From contig CAZVDE010000002.1 of the NCBI GenBank assembly GCA_964626065.1, positions 26,032-90,031 on the forward strand: DNA of 64,000 bases. Direction: 5' to 3'. The notes beneath the pieces were generated by a model. That model was not told the origin of the DNA. It saw nothing but the letters and a program-made list of their open reading frames with translations, and ran no database searches. Below are positions 40,627-49,475 of the stretch, one piece after another (position 1 is the stretch's first letter; every line of letters starts with the position of its first letter). Position numbers and translations under genes: made by a program. Source of the DNA: an uncultured Clostridiaceae bacterium. GTDB taxonomy: Bacteria; Bacillota; Limnochordia; Darwinibacteriales; Darwinibacteriaceae.

Positions 40627-42309
40627 ATGAAGGTCGTTTTAGTGGCTGTAAACGCCACTTACAGCCACTCCAACCTGGCGCTCCGATATCTTTCGGCGTA
40701 CTGCGGGGGCCATTTTCCTGCCCTGGAAACGGTGGAGTACAACATCAACCAGGAGCCCGATTTGATTCTGGCTGACTTAGCCCGGCGGCGCCCTGATGTG
40801 GTGGGCTTTTCTTGTTATATCTGGAATATTGAACTGATTTTGCCGCTCATCGCCAATCTGCGCAAGGTGAGCCTCGAGACGATCATCGTTTTGGGCGGGC
40901 CTGAGGTTTCGTTTGATACCGAGTTTTGGCTGCGGGCCCATCCCGCGATTGATTACATCATCGCCGGCGAGGGTGAAAAGGCGCTGCTGGCGCTGCTTAA
41001 GATACTTAACGAGCAGGGCCGCCGGCCCAGCCCGGAGGCGTTGGCCCGTGTTCCGGGCCTTATCTACCGCACCGGAGAGCAAGTCTGCCGGAATGAGCAG
41101 GAGCCGCTCGATTTGGCCGAGATCCCCCTTATTTACAGTGGGGATTTGAGCGATCTAAAAAACAAAATAGTCTACTATGAAACAACCAGAGGCTGCCCCT
41201 TCCGTTGTGCGTACTGCCTGTCATCGGTGATGGGGCCCGTACGCAAATTTCCCCTGGAGCGCTCCAAACAGGAACTGCGCCTGTTGGCCGCAGCAGGCTT
41301 GGAACAGGTGCGTTTTGTCGATCGCACCTTTAACTATGATGCGGGGCGTGCTTATGAATTGTTGGAGTTTATGATTGGCCTTAACACAAAGACCCGCTTT
41401 CAACTGGAAGTGAGCGGGGATATCCTCACCGACCCGGTGCTGGAACTTTTGAAGAAGGCCCCTCAGAACCGCTTCCAGTTTGAAATCGGTGTGCAATCTA
41501 CGCACGAACCGACTTTGCGGGCGGTGGCGCGTCGTTCCGATTTGGAACGGCTGCGGGAGGTTGTGCAGTTTTTAATGCAGGAAACGGAAGTGAGGGTGCT
41601 GTTGGATCTCATTGCGGGCCTGCCTCAGGAGGGCTTTGACCGTTTCGGCCAATCGTTTGACTATGTCTATGCCCTCAAACCCCAAAGGATCCATCTTGGC
41701 TTCTTGAAACTGCTGCGCGGTTCGCGCCTGAGAGAAGAAGCAGCCGATTTTGGCTGCTTATACACGGAACAGGCCCCCTATGAGGTGCTGCAGACTGATC
41801 ATCTCTCCTTTGCGGAGATCCAACGTTTGAAAATAATCGAAGACTTGGTGGATAAATTCGCGGGCCCCCGTTTCGAAAAGTCCTTGGCCTATTTGCTGAG
41901 GGAAGGCAGATCACCCTTTTCATTCTTCAATGAATTTGCGGAAAAATGGCAGGCTGCGGGGCACCACTGGCATAATCATTCTTTATTTACGCTGTATAAG
42001 ATCCTGGCAGAATTCTTCTCGGCCGGCAATCAAGATCTAATGCCCTGGCTGCGCCATGATTTTAGGCGCAACGAGCCTAGGCGCGCCACGCCCGCTTGGC
42101 TGGGCGGCCGGCCCGATCGCCGATTGGAACACGATTTAATTCGCACCGGCCGAGTCTTTGACTATCTTCCCGAACTGGAAGGCCTGCGCTCAAGGGATAT
42201 TGGCCGAAAGATCTTTGTGGAAGAACTGCCCTTCAGTACAGGCATGGAGTCTTATCTTTTCTACTTTCCCAAAAGGAGTGAACCTGCCCGCGTTTTCCGT
42301 TTGGAATAG
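40627..42309 (+). CDS. B12-binding-domain radical SAM protein (DUF4080-type)
   Basis: N-terminal B12-binding-like domain (MKVVLVAVNATYSHSNLAL) and a radical SAM CPFRCAYC cluster. 560 aa. Confidence 0.75.
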   Translation: MKVVLVAVNATYSHSNLALRYLSAYCGGHFPALETVEYNINQEPDLILADLARRRPDVVGFSCYIWNIELILPLIANLRKVSLETIIVLGGPEVSFDTEFWLRAHPAIDYIIAGEGEKALLALLKILNEQGRRPSPEALARVPGLIYRTGEQVCRNEQEPLDLAEIPLIYSGDLSDLKNKIVYYETTRGCPFRCAYCLSSVMGPVRKFPLERSKQELRLLAAAGLEQVRFVDRTFNYDAGRAYELLEFMIGLNTKTRFQLEVSGDILTDPVLELLKKAPQNRFQFEIGVQSTHEPTLRAVARRSDLERLREVVQFLMQETEVRVLLDLIAGLPQEGFDRFGQSFDYVYALKPQRIHLGFLKLLRGSRLREEAADFGCLYTEQAPYEVLQTDHLSFAEIQRLKIIEDLVDKFAGPRFEKSLAYLLREGRSPFSFFNEFAEKWQAAGHHWHNHSLFTLYKILAEFFSAGNQDLMPWLRHDFRRNEPRRATPAWLGGRPDRRLEHDLIRTGRVFDYLPELEGLRSRDIGRKIFVEELPFSTGMESYLFYFPKRSEPARVFRLE

Positions 42310-43592
42310 GCCAGCGGCACTCGGGCGATGTCGCTTGCCGCTTCGTCCAAAGCAACTAAATCATACTTATTTACTTCCCGGAGTGCGTGTTTGCCCAAAG
42401 CGCGCACTCCTTCCCTTATTTCTTCCGTGCTGGACTGCAGATAGCGGGCTAGGTGCAGCGCGCCCCTCTTCCAGTTGAATTTTTTCGCATATCTGCCCTT
42501 GGCAAAGGCAATTTCGGTAGGGGGCTCCCAAGGCAGCGCTTTTAACGTTTGCGTATGGGAGGCGGCAAAGAGGGCCATGGTGCCTAATGCCACCGCGTCT
42601 GCCCCAAGGGCAAGTGCCTTTAGGCATTGGCCCGGGGAGGTAAAACCCCCGGAAATGATCAGGCTGACCTGCCGCTGCAGGCCGCGGACGTTTAGGTATT
42701 GGGCCGCTCGGCATAAACCGACGAAAGTGGGCAGGGCAAAGTCGTCTTCCAAAATGGGCGGCGCCCCGACAGTTGCGGCTTGGGCTCCGTCAAGGGAGAA
42801 GAAATCCACGCCCGCGCGCAGGCTTAGTTCCATGTCCCGCTCAATTCTATCCGATAGGGAAAGCTTGATGCCCACCGGTACGCCGCGACCCGCTTTTTTT
42901 AAGAAACGGACGATGTGGGGCAGATCCCGGGGTTTTTTTATGGGGGGCAGATCGGTGGCGGCCAAATGGGGGAAAAACCCCTGGCCCGCGCCGGCGGTGG
43001 CACCCTGCCCCATTTGAATTTCTATGGCATCGGCCTGCTGCAGCATCTCTAGGCTGCGATCGAGCGGCAGGCGGGGGTACTGGACGATCAGGTTTTGGGC
43101 CAACTCCCGTTCTTTGGGAAGAAACGGCCCTTCGCCTGTATTTGTCGCGGTCCGCGCTTCGGTGCTGGCCCGGGCTAAGGCGTATTTCATTTCCGCGCTT
43201 AAGGCCCGCTTATAGGCCATGCCCGAAATAAGAAGAGGTGTACCCAGCATTAGGGGCCGCTTCGCTTTGGGCCCAATGGCCACCTCAGTGTCAATGGGGG
43301 TGGTACTGGGCAGGGCGGGCCGGTCTAGGTGGGCGGAGATGAACATAAGGCTGTCAAAATCTCGAAAACGCCTGGGGCTGCCCAGGGGCCTCTGAATGAC
43401 AGTGCCGAATTCTGCCCGGAGGTTTGTTTCAATAATATCCTGGATACCGGTGCGTTTTGTGGCCGAAAAAAGTTCGGCCATGTTTTCCGCATAGCGGTCG
43501 GTCATCAGCGATTTTAGGGCGAAGCGAGCGGACCGGCCCGCTAAAAAGGCCAGGGCGCCGCAGCCGCCCAATACGGCAAGGCTTGTGGCCAA
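42261..43592 (-). CDS. FMN-binding glutamate synthase family protein (GltB central-domain-like), membrane-anchored
   Basis: N-terminal TM anchor followed by the GltS FMN-domain pattern (...ISGGFTSPGQ...LGADAVALGT...). 443 aa. Confidence 0.75.
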   Translation of the reverse strand: MATSLAVLGGCGALAFLAGRSARFALKSLMTDRYAENMAELFSATKRTGIQDIIETNLRAEFGTVIQRPLGSPRRFRDFDSLMFISAHLDRPALPSTTPIDTEVAIGPKAKRPLMLGTPLLISGMAYKRALSAEMKYALARASTEARTATNTGEGPFLPKERELAQNLIVQYPRLPLDRSLEMLQQADAIEIQMGQGATAGAGQGFFPHLAATDLPPIKKPRDLPHIVRFLKKAGRGVPVGIKLSLSDRIERDMELSLRAGVDFFSLDGAQAATVGAPPILEDDFALPTFVGLCRAAQYLNVRGLQRQVSLIISGGFTSPGQCLKALALGADAVALGTMALFAASHTQTLKALPWEPPTEIAFAKGRYAKKFNWKRGALHLARYLQSSTEEIREGVRALGKHALREVNKYDLVALDEAASDIARVPLAYSKRKTRAGSLLLGK

Positions 43593-43779
43593 TAAATTTG
43601 CTGTTCTTGGTTCGGACAGAAAAGTACCCCCTTTCGCGGCAGGGTGCAGGGGAGGAATCGTACCGCCCGCGGAGTATATTAAGGAAGTAGGCCGGCGCGA
43701 GCGCGGCCTTCACAGCTAGCATTTGCCTGCGGGCGCCAGGTTATACGGCCCGGTAGAGGCCCCGGGGAGGGGGAAAGAC

Positions 43780-44307
43780 ATGAAACGGCACTATCGACTG
43801 ATCAGCCTTTTTGTGGTCATTCTATTTGCGGCCGCCTTACCCGGTTGTGCCCGGGGGGCAGAGTTTAGGGATTACGGCCCACTCTATGCGGTGTATATTC
43901 CGGATAATTGGATCTACCAGGCTAAAGAGAGTACCCCTTTGCTGAACGTGTTTTACGGCGCCGGGGAATACGATCTGCTCTATTTCGAGCTTTTGGAAAA
44001 TGTTTGTGATCGTTCTGCCGGTGATTTCGGCCGCAGGGCGCTGCAGTTGTACGCCGCCGCCGGCGGCCTGCGGCAGTTTGAACTGCTGGAGCCTTTAAGC
44101 CCGGTAGAAGTGGGCGGCCTTGACGGGGTTAAATGTACATATATTTATAAAGATGCCGCGGGCACTTTCTTGCGGGAAGAACGGGTGTTTTTCATTTTGC
44201 CGGGCCGGCGGGGCTTTTCTCTGGCCCTGGCGGGGCCTAAGGCCGCGGTAGACTCGCGGCTGCTGCAGGACATTATCCGCGGATGGCGGTGGTTTCTTGA
44301 AGACTAA
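43780..44307 (+). CDS. Hypothetical lipoprotein
   Basis: Signal peptide with lipobox LPGC. 175 aa. No family assigned. Confidence 0.55.
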   Translation: MKRHYRLISLFVVILFAAALPGCARGAEFRDYGPLYAVYIPDNWIYQAKESTPLLNVFYGAGEYDLLYFELLENVCDRSAGDFGRRALQLYAAAGGLRQFELLEPLSPVEVGGLDGVKCTYIYKDAAGTFLREERVFFILPGRRGFSLALAGPKAAVDSRLLQDIIRGWRWFLED

Positions 44308-45712
44308 GTGTGTGACAAAATGGATCTTGGTTTTGGCGGCTTTCCTGATTATGCTCGGCGGCAGCAGCAGGCTGCAGGCCTCCCCCGTGTGGAGCGATCG
44401 TTTTGAGCAGACGCTGGGTAAAGGGGCCGTCCCTGAAATTATTAAACAATATGGCGGCGAATACACCCTGCCCATTGCGGATAGAATGTGGCTGGAAGAA
44501 GTTTTCAGGCGTTTAGCCGCAGTAACTGAACGCAGTGAAATTGAGTATTCTTTAGTAGTGCTGAATTCATTTGAATACAACGCTTTCGCGCTGCCCGGAG
44601 GTTACACCTTTATTACCCGGGGGCTGCTGCAGCTGTTAGATATGGATGCCACGAAACTGGCGGCGGTGTTGGGCCATGAAATCGCCCATGTGGAAAAAAG
44701 ACACGGCATTACCGCGGTGCTGCGCCAAATGGGCCTGGCGGTGGTGATGGAGGTGGGTGTCATGTGGCTCGATGTCTTCCCGCCCGAGCTGCTGCGGGTT
44801 GCCAGCGCTACCCTTTTGGAACTGCTCAAGTTGGGGTGGGGCAGGGAAGCGGAGTACGAAGCGGATGCGGTGGGCCAGAGTTTGGCGGTAAAAGCGGGAT
44901 TTGATGCGATCGGCGCGGTCTTGGTTTTGGACGATCTGCTGGAAATGGACCCGGATGAACTCCCGTCCCATATTTTCAGCAGCCATCCCGATACAAGAAG
45001 CAGGCGCATGCGGGCTGCGGACAATTTGATTTCTTTTTGGCCCGCGGTTGAAAGGATAGGGGCGAAACGGGAAACTCAAATGTTAGAAATGGGGAGGAAT
45101 TCGGGGCAAAATGGGCGAAGAGATCCTAAAGGCAGGTATGAGGTTTCTCTGCCGAGTGCAGCTGACGAAGGAGGGCTGATTGTCCTGGACAATCAGCGGC
45201 AGGAAACGCTGGCTTGGCTGCCCGGCGATGTGGTGCATCAATTCAGTTGGTCACCTACGGGCGAGTATGCTGCCGCGGTAGTACAGGCGGGTGAACGAAG
45301 GGAATTATGGCTGTGCGATCGCTACGGGTACACGGTACAAAAAAGGCGACTGCCCGCAAGCCATGGTTTGCTGCACGGCTTGTGCTGGTCGCCCGGGGGC
45401 GAGATGCTTGCTTTGGAGTTTCGGGACCGGGACCACCCCCACCGCAGCTCGGTGGTTGCCACCTACCTAAGCAGTGAGGTGTACCTGCCCATTACCGGTG
45501 CTGCCGGGGGCGGCGAACCTCTTTGGTTGGAGGAGGGCCTGTACTTTAAAAGCGGCGGCTCTTGGTATCGCCGCAGGCCTCCGAGGGTGGAGCCCATGAG
45601 CATTCTTAATCCCGTGCCGCGAGTCCTACAGCGCAGAAAAGTACTGTCGCCCACCGTCATTCACGAAGACGGCTCCATCAGGTTGACGCGGCCTTCGCTG
45701 ACTTTACCCTGA
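44297..45712 (+). CDS. Secreted M48-family metallopeptidase fused to a C-terminal beta-propeller (TolB-like repeats)
   Basis: Signal peptide. HEIAHVEKRH (HExxH) with a downstream Glu. The C-terminal 200 aa hold repeated WSPxGE...A motifs typical of TolB/WD-like propeller blades. Confidence 0.7.
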   Translation: MKTKCVTKWILVLAAFLIMLGGSSRLQASPVWSDRFEQTLGKGAVPEIIKQYGGEYTLPIADRMWLEEVFRRLAAVTERSEIEYSLVVLNSFEYNAFALPGGYTFITRGLLQLLDMDATKLAAVLGHEIAHVEKRHGITAVLRQMGLAVVMEVGVMWLDVFPPELLRVASATLLELLKLGWGREAEYEADAVGQSLAVKAGFDAIGAVLVLDDLLEMDPDELPSHIFSSHPDTRSRRMRAADNLISFWPAVERIGAKRETQMLEMGRNSGQNGRRDPKGRYEVSLPSAADEGGLIVLDNQRQETLAWLPGDVVHQFSWSPTGEYAAAVVQAGERRELWLCDRYGYTVQKRRLPASHGLLHGLCWSPGGEMLALEFRDRDHPHRSSVVATYLSSEVYLPITGAAGGGEPLWLEEGLYFKSGGSWYRRRPPRVEPMSILNPVPRVLQRRKVLSPTVIHEDGSIRLTRPSLTLP

Positions 45713-45763
45713 TAAAAGATTATGCCGGGAGGCAGTTTGACCCGGCTGATTGGGATAATAGTG

Positions 45764-45979
45764 CTAAGAAGCTGATGTATCCCGAGAATTTGCCTTGCCA
45801 TCGGCTTTGCTGTCATTGACGTAAAACCCGGGCCCTTTAAAAATAATATTGACATTCTTACTAATCAGGCGCTGTGCAGCCCCGCCGCAGGTGGGGCAGG
45901 CCGTTAGAGGCTTGTCCTTAATGCTTTGTTCTAGGTCGAAGCGGCCGCAGCGAGAGCATTTGTATTCATAGATAGGCAT
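45764..45979 (-). CDS. FmdB-family zinc-ribbon protein
   Basis: [12 protein letters not shown]...CPTCGG matches the FmdB putative regulatory zinc ribbon (CxxC...CxxC). 71 aa. Confidence 0.75.
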   Translation of the reverse strand: MPIYEYKCSRCGRFDLEQSIKDKPLTACPTCGGAAQRLISKNVNIIFKGPGFYVNDSKADGKANSRDTSAS

Positions 45980-46074
45980 CTGGCATTCCTCCTTTGTAAA
46001 TGTCTAAGCTACATTCTACAACTTATTGTTTTGGAGATCAACCGGTTCATTTATTATGAGTGAGGAGTAGTTCA

Positions 46075-46872
46075 ATGAGACATCAGGCGAAATCATATTT
46101 AGTTCTTATCATATTTGTATTGCTGGCTTGCTCTGTGGCCGGTATTGACAGGGCCCGGGCTGAAGAGGAGCGGAAGCCCATCAATATTGATTTAACCGTT
46201 CCCAAGCCCAAACAGCCGGATGCGGCGGAGGATGTGCTAGAAGAGAAGTACCGGAAGATCCTGGCTGAAGTGACCATTTCGGAAGAAGCGAAATATGTGG
46301 CCGGGAATATTAAGGATTTAGCTACCGGCCTGCGCGATCTGGGCTTTAGAGCCACAATCGTGCAGTTTAAGGGCGAACGCAGCGATCGGCTTGTTTTAGA
46401 TGCCAAGCTGGGCATCGAGCAAAAAGTTGCGCGCCTTGACTTTGTGGAGCCCAGCGCGCTCAGGGGCCAAATTGCCGTCATCGATCAGGAAAAAATGGAG
46501 GCCAAGATCTTTCAGCCCGTAACGAATCAGATCGCGGTGCGTGAGTTGGGCGACATGAGTAAAGAAGCTTTGGCTGCCCTGAATGTTGCAGAAGATCTTA
46601 CTTCCTACTTTGACTTCACCCAATATGAGATTGTCGTTCTGGAAACGGAGGAGTATAATGGGGTAGAGGAGTACTTTCTTCAGATTGACTCGGGGGAAAA
46701 AGAAACTCTGCAGATTCGTGTCCGCAGTGACGATTGGTTTCCCTCTGAAATTATCGTGTTTGAAGATGGCGTGCTCACCGGGAAGATGATGTTCGAAAAT
46801 GTCGAGTTTAACCCCGGGTTTGTGCGCGAAGAACTGCAAAAGCTGCCTAAGGTCAAAGAAGTCCGTTTGTAA
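46075..46872 (+). CDS. Hypothetical secreted protein, possibly LolA/RseB-like fold
   Basis: Signal peptide MRHQAKSYLVLIIFVLLACSVAG. Mixed beta/alpha; C-terminal beta-rich half. Family assignment is speculative. Confidence 0.5.
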   Translation: MRHQAKSYLVLIIFVLLACSVAGIDRARAEEERKPINIDLTVPKPKQPDAAEDVLEEKYRKILAEVTISEEAKYVAGNIKDLATGLRDLGFRATIVQFKGERSDRLVLDAKLGIEQKVARLDFVEPSALRGQIAVIDQEKMEAKIFQPVTNQIAVRELGDMSKEALAALNVAEDLTSYFDFTQYEIVVLETEEYNGVEEYFLQIDSGEKETLQIRVRSDDWFPSEIIVFEDGVLTGKMMFENVEFNPGFVREELQKLPKVKEVRL

Positions 46873-46879
46873 GGGGGGG

Positions 46880-47590
46880 ATGTGCGTGCCCGCTTGGCAC
46901 CAAGTTCGTTTGGTTTTGCTTGTTGTGTGCGTTATTGGACTGCTGGCGTGCCCATCTGTTTCGGCATTTGAAGCGGCGGATCTCCTGTTTGGCTTCGGCC
47001 CTTTCGGTTGGCAGGGGGGGCTGGCTGTCAGCCAGGCAAAGATCAAACACTTAGGTTTTCTTGGTTATGAAATTACCGGTATGGACGGTTTTCTCTCACA
47101 AGACACAACCTCCGAGCAGGTTTCCAGTTGGTTCGGGGGCCATAAGGAAGTCTTTGTGGGTAATGTGGGTTACACCCTCGAACTTTTTGTGGGCAATACT
47201 GAACGGCCCGTCTTTTCTACTTTTACGGACAGCATCGATCCCCATATCGGGGCGTTTGGCGAATTTAAAAGGGTTTACGGAGATTACGGCCATGGTTTCT
47301 CGGGCATGGCACAGCTGTTTATGAACCCGCTTGGCCAGGTTGAATACTCAATCAGCCCCTACGTGCAGTTTACCAGACAGGGTGTTTGGCGCTTTTCCGC
47401 GTCGTTGGGCAGCTCTTTCGGGCTCGGCCTATCTTATTTGGAGCCAGGCGAAAATCTGCAGCTCGACGTTACTTTAATCAACGATGAACTGAGTTTTCAT
47501 GTCCTGCTTTCCGTCCCCGAGCAGCCCATCACCTTTGGGGCCGGTTGGACTGAACGGCGGGTGCGCGCCTTTTTGCGCTATTCGTTCTAA
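46880..47590 (+). CDS. Hypothetical secreted beta-rich protein with an OMP-like C-terminus
   Basis: Signal peptide. Gly/Tyr/Phe-rich with alternating hydrophobics. The C-terminus VRAFLRYSF ends in Phe with alternating hydrophobic residues, the beta-barrel 'beta-signal' pattern. Start at ATG 46880 after AAGGGGGGG. Confidence 0.5.
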   Translation: MCVPAWHQVRLVLLVVCVIGLLACPSVSAFEAADLLFGFGPFGWQGGLAVSQAKIKHLGFLGYEITGMDGFLSQDTTSEQVSSWFGGHKEVFVGNVGYTLELFVGNTERPVFSTFTDSIDPHIGAFGEFKRVYGDYGHGFSGMAQLFMNPLGQVEYSISPYVQFTRQGVWRFSASLGSSFGLGLSYLEPGENLQLDVTLINDELSFHVLLSVPEQPITFGAGWTERRVRAFLRYSF

Positions 47591-47604
47591 AAGGAGATAT
47601 CTGA

Positions 47605-48066
47605 GTGCATGTAGTTCTATTGGAACCGGAGATTCCTGCAAACACGGGTAACATTGCCCGTTTGTGCGCCGCCACAAATTCCGGCCTCCATTTGATCAGG
47701 CCGCTGGGTTTTTTTCTCAGCGACCCCAAACTGAAACGGGCAGGCTTGGATTATTGGGATTACCTCGATTTATACATACATGATTCCTATTCTGATTTTG
47801 TGGACAAGGTAAAGCCGCGGCGCTTTTTTTTTGTGGAAACGGGGGGCCCTAGGCTTTATTCTGAGGTCGCTTATAAACGCGATGATTATTTTATCTTCGG
47901 CAGCGAGACAAGGGGGCTGCCCGCCCATTTGTTAAGTGATCAAGAAAAGATCGTTACACTTCCGCAAAGGAAGGTGCGGTCTCTTAATCTGTCTAATGCA
48001 GTGGCAATCATGGTTTACGAGGCCTGGAGACAGCACAATTTTCGGGATTTGAATGATCTTGTTTAA
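47605..48066 (+). CDS. trmL: tRNA (cytidine34/U34-2'-O)-methyltransferase TrmL (SpoU/TrmH family)
   Basis: HVVLLEPEIPANTGNIARLCAATNSGLHLIRPLGF follows TrmL closely. 153 aa. GTG start after AAGGAGA. Confidence 0.85.
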   Translation: MHVVLLEPEIPANTGNIARLCAATNSGLHLIRPLGFFLSDPKLKRAGLDYWDYLDLYIHDSYSDFVDKVKPRRFFFVETGGPRLYSEVAYKRDDYFIFGSETRGLPAHLLSDQEKIVTLPQRKVRSLNLSNAVAIMVYEAWRQHNFRDLNDLV

Positions 48067-48144
48067 GCAGGATAAGCTGTCCGGAACAAGAATACGTAGT
48101 CGGTATTGCAAAAGCCTAGAAAGAAGCGTGAGGTGAATTGATGC

Positions 48145-49461
48145 ATGCGAAAGTTTAAAACCTTTTTCGGAGGAATAGATCTGGATGGCGCTAAGCGGGG
48201 TACTGCCCAGAAACCCATCACGGTGCTGGACGCCCCCGAAACACTTGTAGTTCCACTTCTACAGCATGCCGGTGTAGAAGCAAAGCCGGTAGTCGCCAAG
48301 GGCGATGAGGTGCTTAAGGGCCAGCTGTTGGCGGAGGCGGACGGGCTTGTCAGCGCGCCGGTGCATTCACCCGTGTCAGGTAAGGTGCTGGCCGTTGAAC
48401 CACGCGTTCATATCTGTGAGGCCTCTGTGACTGCGATCGTCATCGAGAATGATGGTGAAGAACGCTGGGTGGAACGGCACCCGCAGGCCAATCCGGTGCA
48501 GCTGGAACGTTCCGAGATTATCCGGAGGATTAAAGATGCGGGAGTGGTGGGCTTAGGCGGGGGCGGTTTTCCCGCTGCGGTCAAGCTCAGCCCGCCTGAA
48601 AGCGTTAAGATTGATTTTTTGATTATCAACGGTTGTGAATGCGAGCCCAATCTCACGGCTGACGAAAGACTGATGGTGGAGCATCCCGGGGACATCGTTT
48701 TGGGGGCCAAGCTCATGGCCAAAGCGGCTAACGCCCGAAAAATAGTGATCGCTCTGGAAGATAATAAACCCGAGGCATATGAAGCGCTGCGGGCCGAGGC
48801 GGGCGGAATTGAAGTTGTGGTATTACCAACGCGCTACCCCCAGGGGGGCGAGAGGCAGCTGATTCAGGCAGTGACCGGCCGGGAAGTCCCCAGCGGTTCG
48901 TTACCCTATGCCGCGGGATGTATCGTTCATAATGTGGGTACCGCTTGGGCCGCGGCCAAGGCAGTGCGCGATGGGGAACCTTTGATTAATAGGGTGGTTA
49001 CGGTCAGTGGCGATCCCATTGGCGAGCCCCAAAACTTTCTTGTCCCGGTCGGTACACCCCTAGACTACCTGCTGGAAAAAGCAGGGGGCTTTACGAAACG
49101 GCCCGGAAAAATAATTGCGGGCGGGCCCATGATGGGCGGTGCCCAGTTTGACCTGCAGGCGTCCGTGTGCAAGACAACAACGGGCATAATAGCCTTGGCG
49201 GAAAACGAGAGTTTCACGCCGGAGGTTTTGCCGTGCATTAAGTGTGCGCGCTGTGTCGATGTTTGCCCGGCGAACTTGCTGCCGCTGCGCCTTGAGGCGT
49301 TCGCCATGAATGAAAAATTTGATGAGGCCCGGGACCATGGGGCCCTAGATTGCATTGAATGCGGGTCCTGCAACTATGTCTGCCCCTCGAAGCGGCCTCT
49401 GCTGCATTATATCCGCTTTGCGAAACGTGAAATCGCAGCTAACGAGGAAAATTCAAAGTAA
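48145..49461 (+). CDS. rnfC: Rnf complex subunit C
   Basis: NADH/FMN-binding region and two 4Fe-4S motifs (CIKCARCVDVCP, CIECGSCNYVCP). Confidence 0.9.
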   Translation: MRKFKTFFGGIDLDGAKRGTAQKPITVLDAPETLVVPLLQHAGVEAKPVVAKGDEVLKGQLLAEADGLVSAPVHSPVSGKVLAVEPRVHICEASVTAIVIENDGEERWVERHPQANPVQLERSEIIRRIKDAGVVGLGGGGFPAAVKLSPPESVKIDFLIINGCECEPNLTADERLMVEHPGDIVLGAKLMAKAANARKIVIALEDNKPEAYEALRAEAGGIEVVVLPTRYPQGGERQLIQAVTGREVPSGSLPYAAGCIVHNVGTAWAAAKAVRDGEPLINRVVTVSGDPIGEPQNFLVPVGTPLDYLLEKAGGFTKRPGKIIAGGPMMGGAQFDLQASVCKTTTGIIALAENESFTPEVLPCIKCARCVDVCPANLLPLRLEAFAMNEKFDEARDHGALDCIECGSCNYVCPSKRPLLHYIRFAKREIAANEENSK

Positions 49462-49475
49462 AGGAGTGTGGGGCA

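Noticed and set aside
46799-46879. Extended N-terminus of the beta-rich secreted protein overlapping the upstream gene
   Set aside because: ATG 46880 follows a strong AAGGGGGGG RBS and begins directly with a signal peptide.
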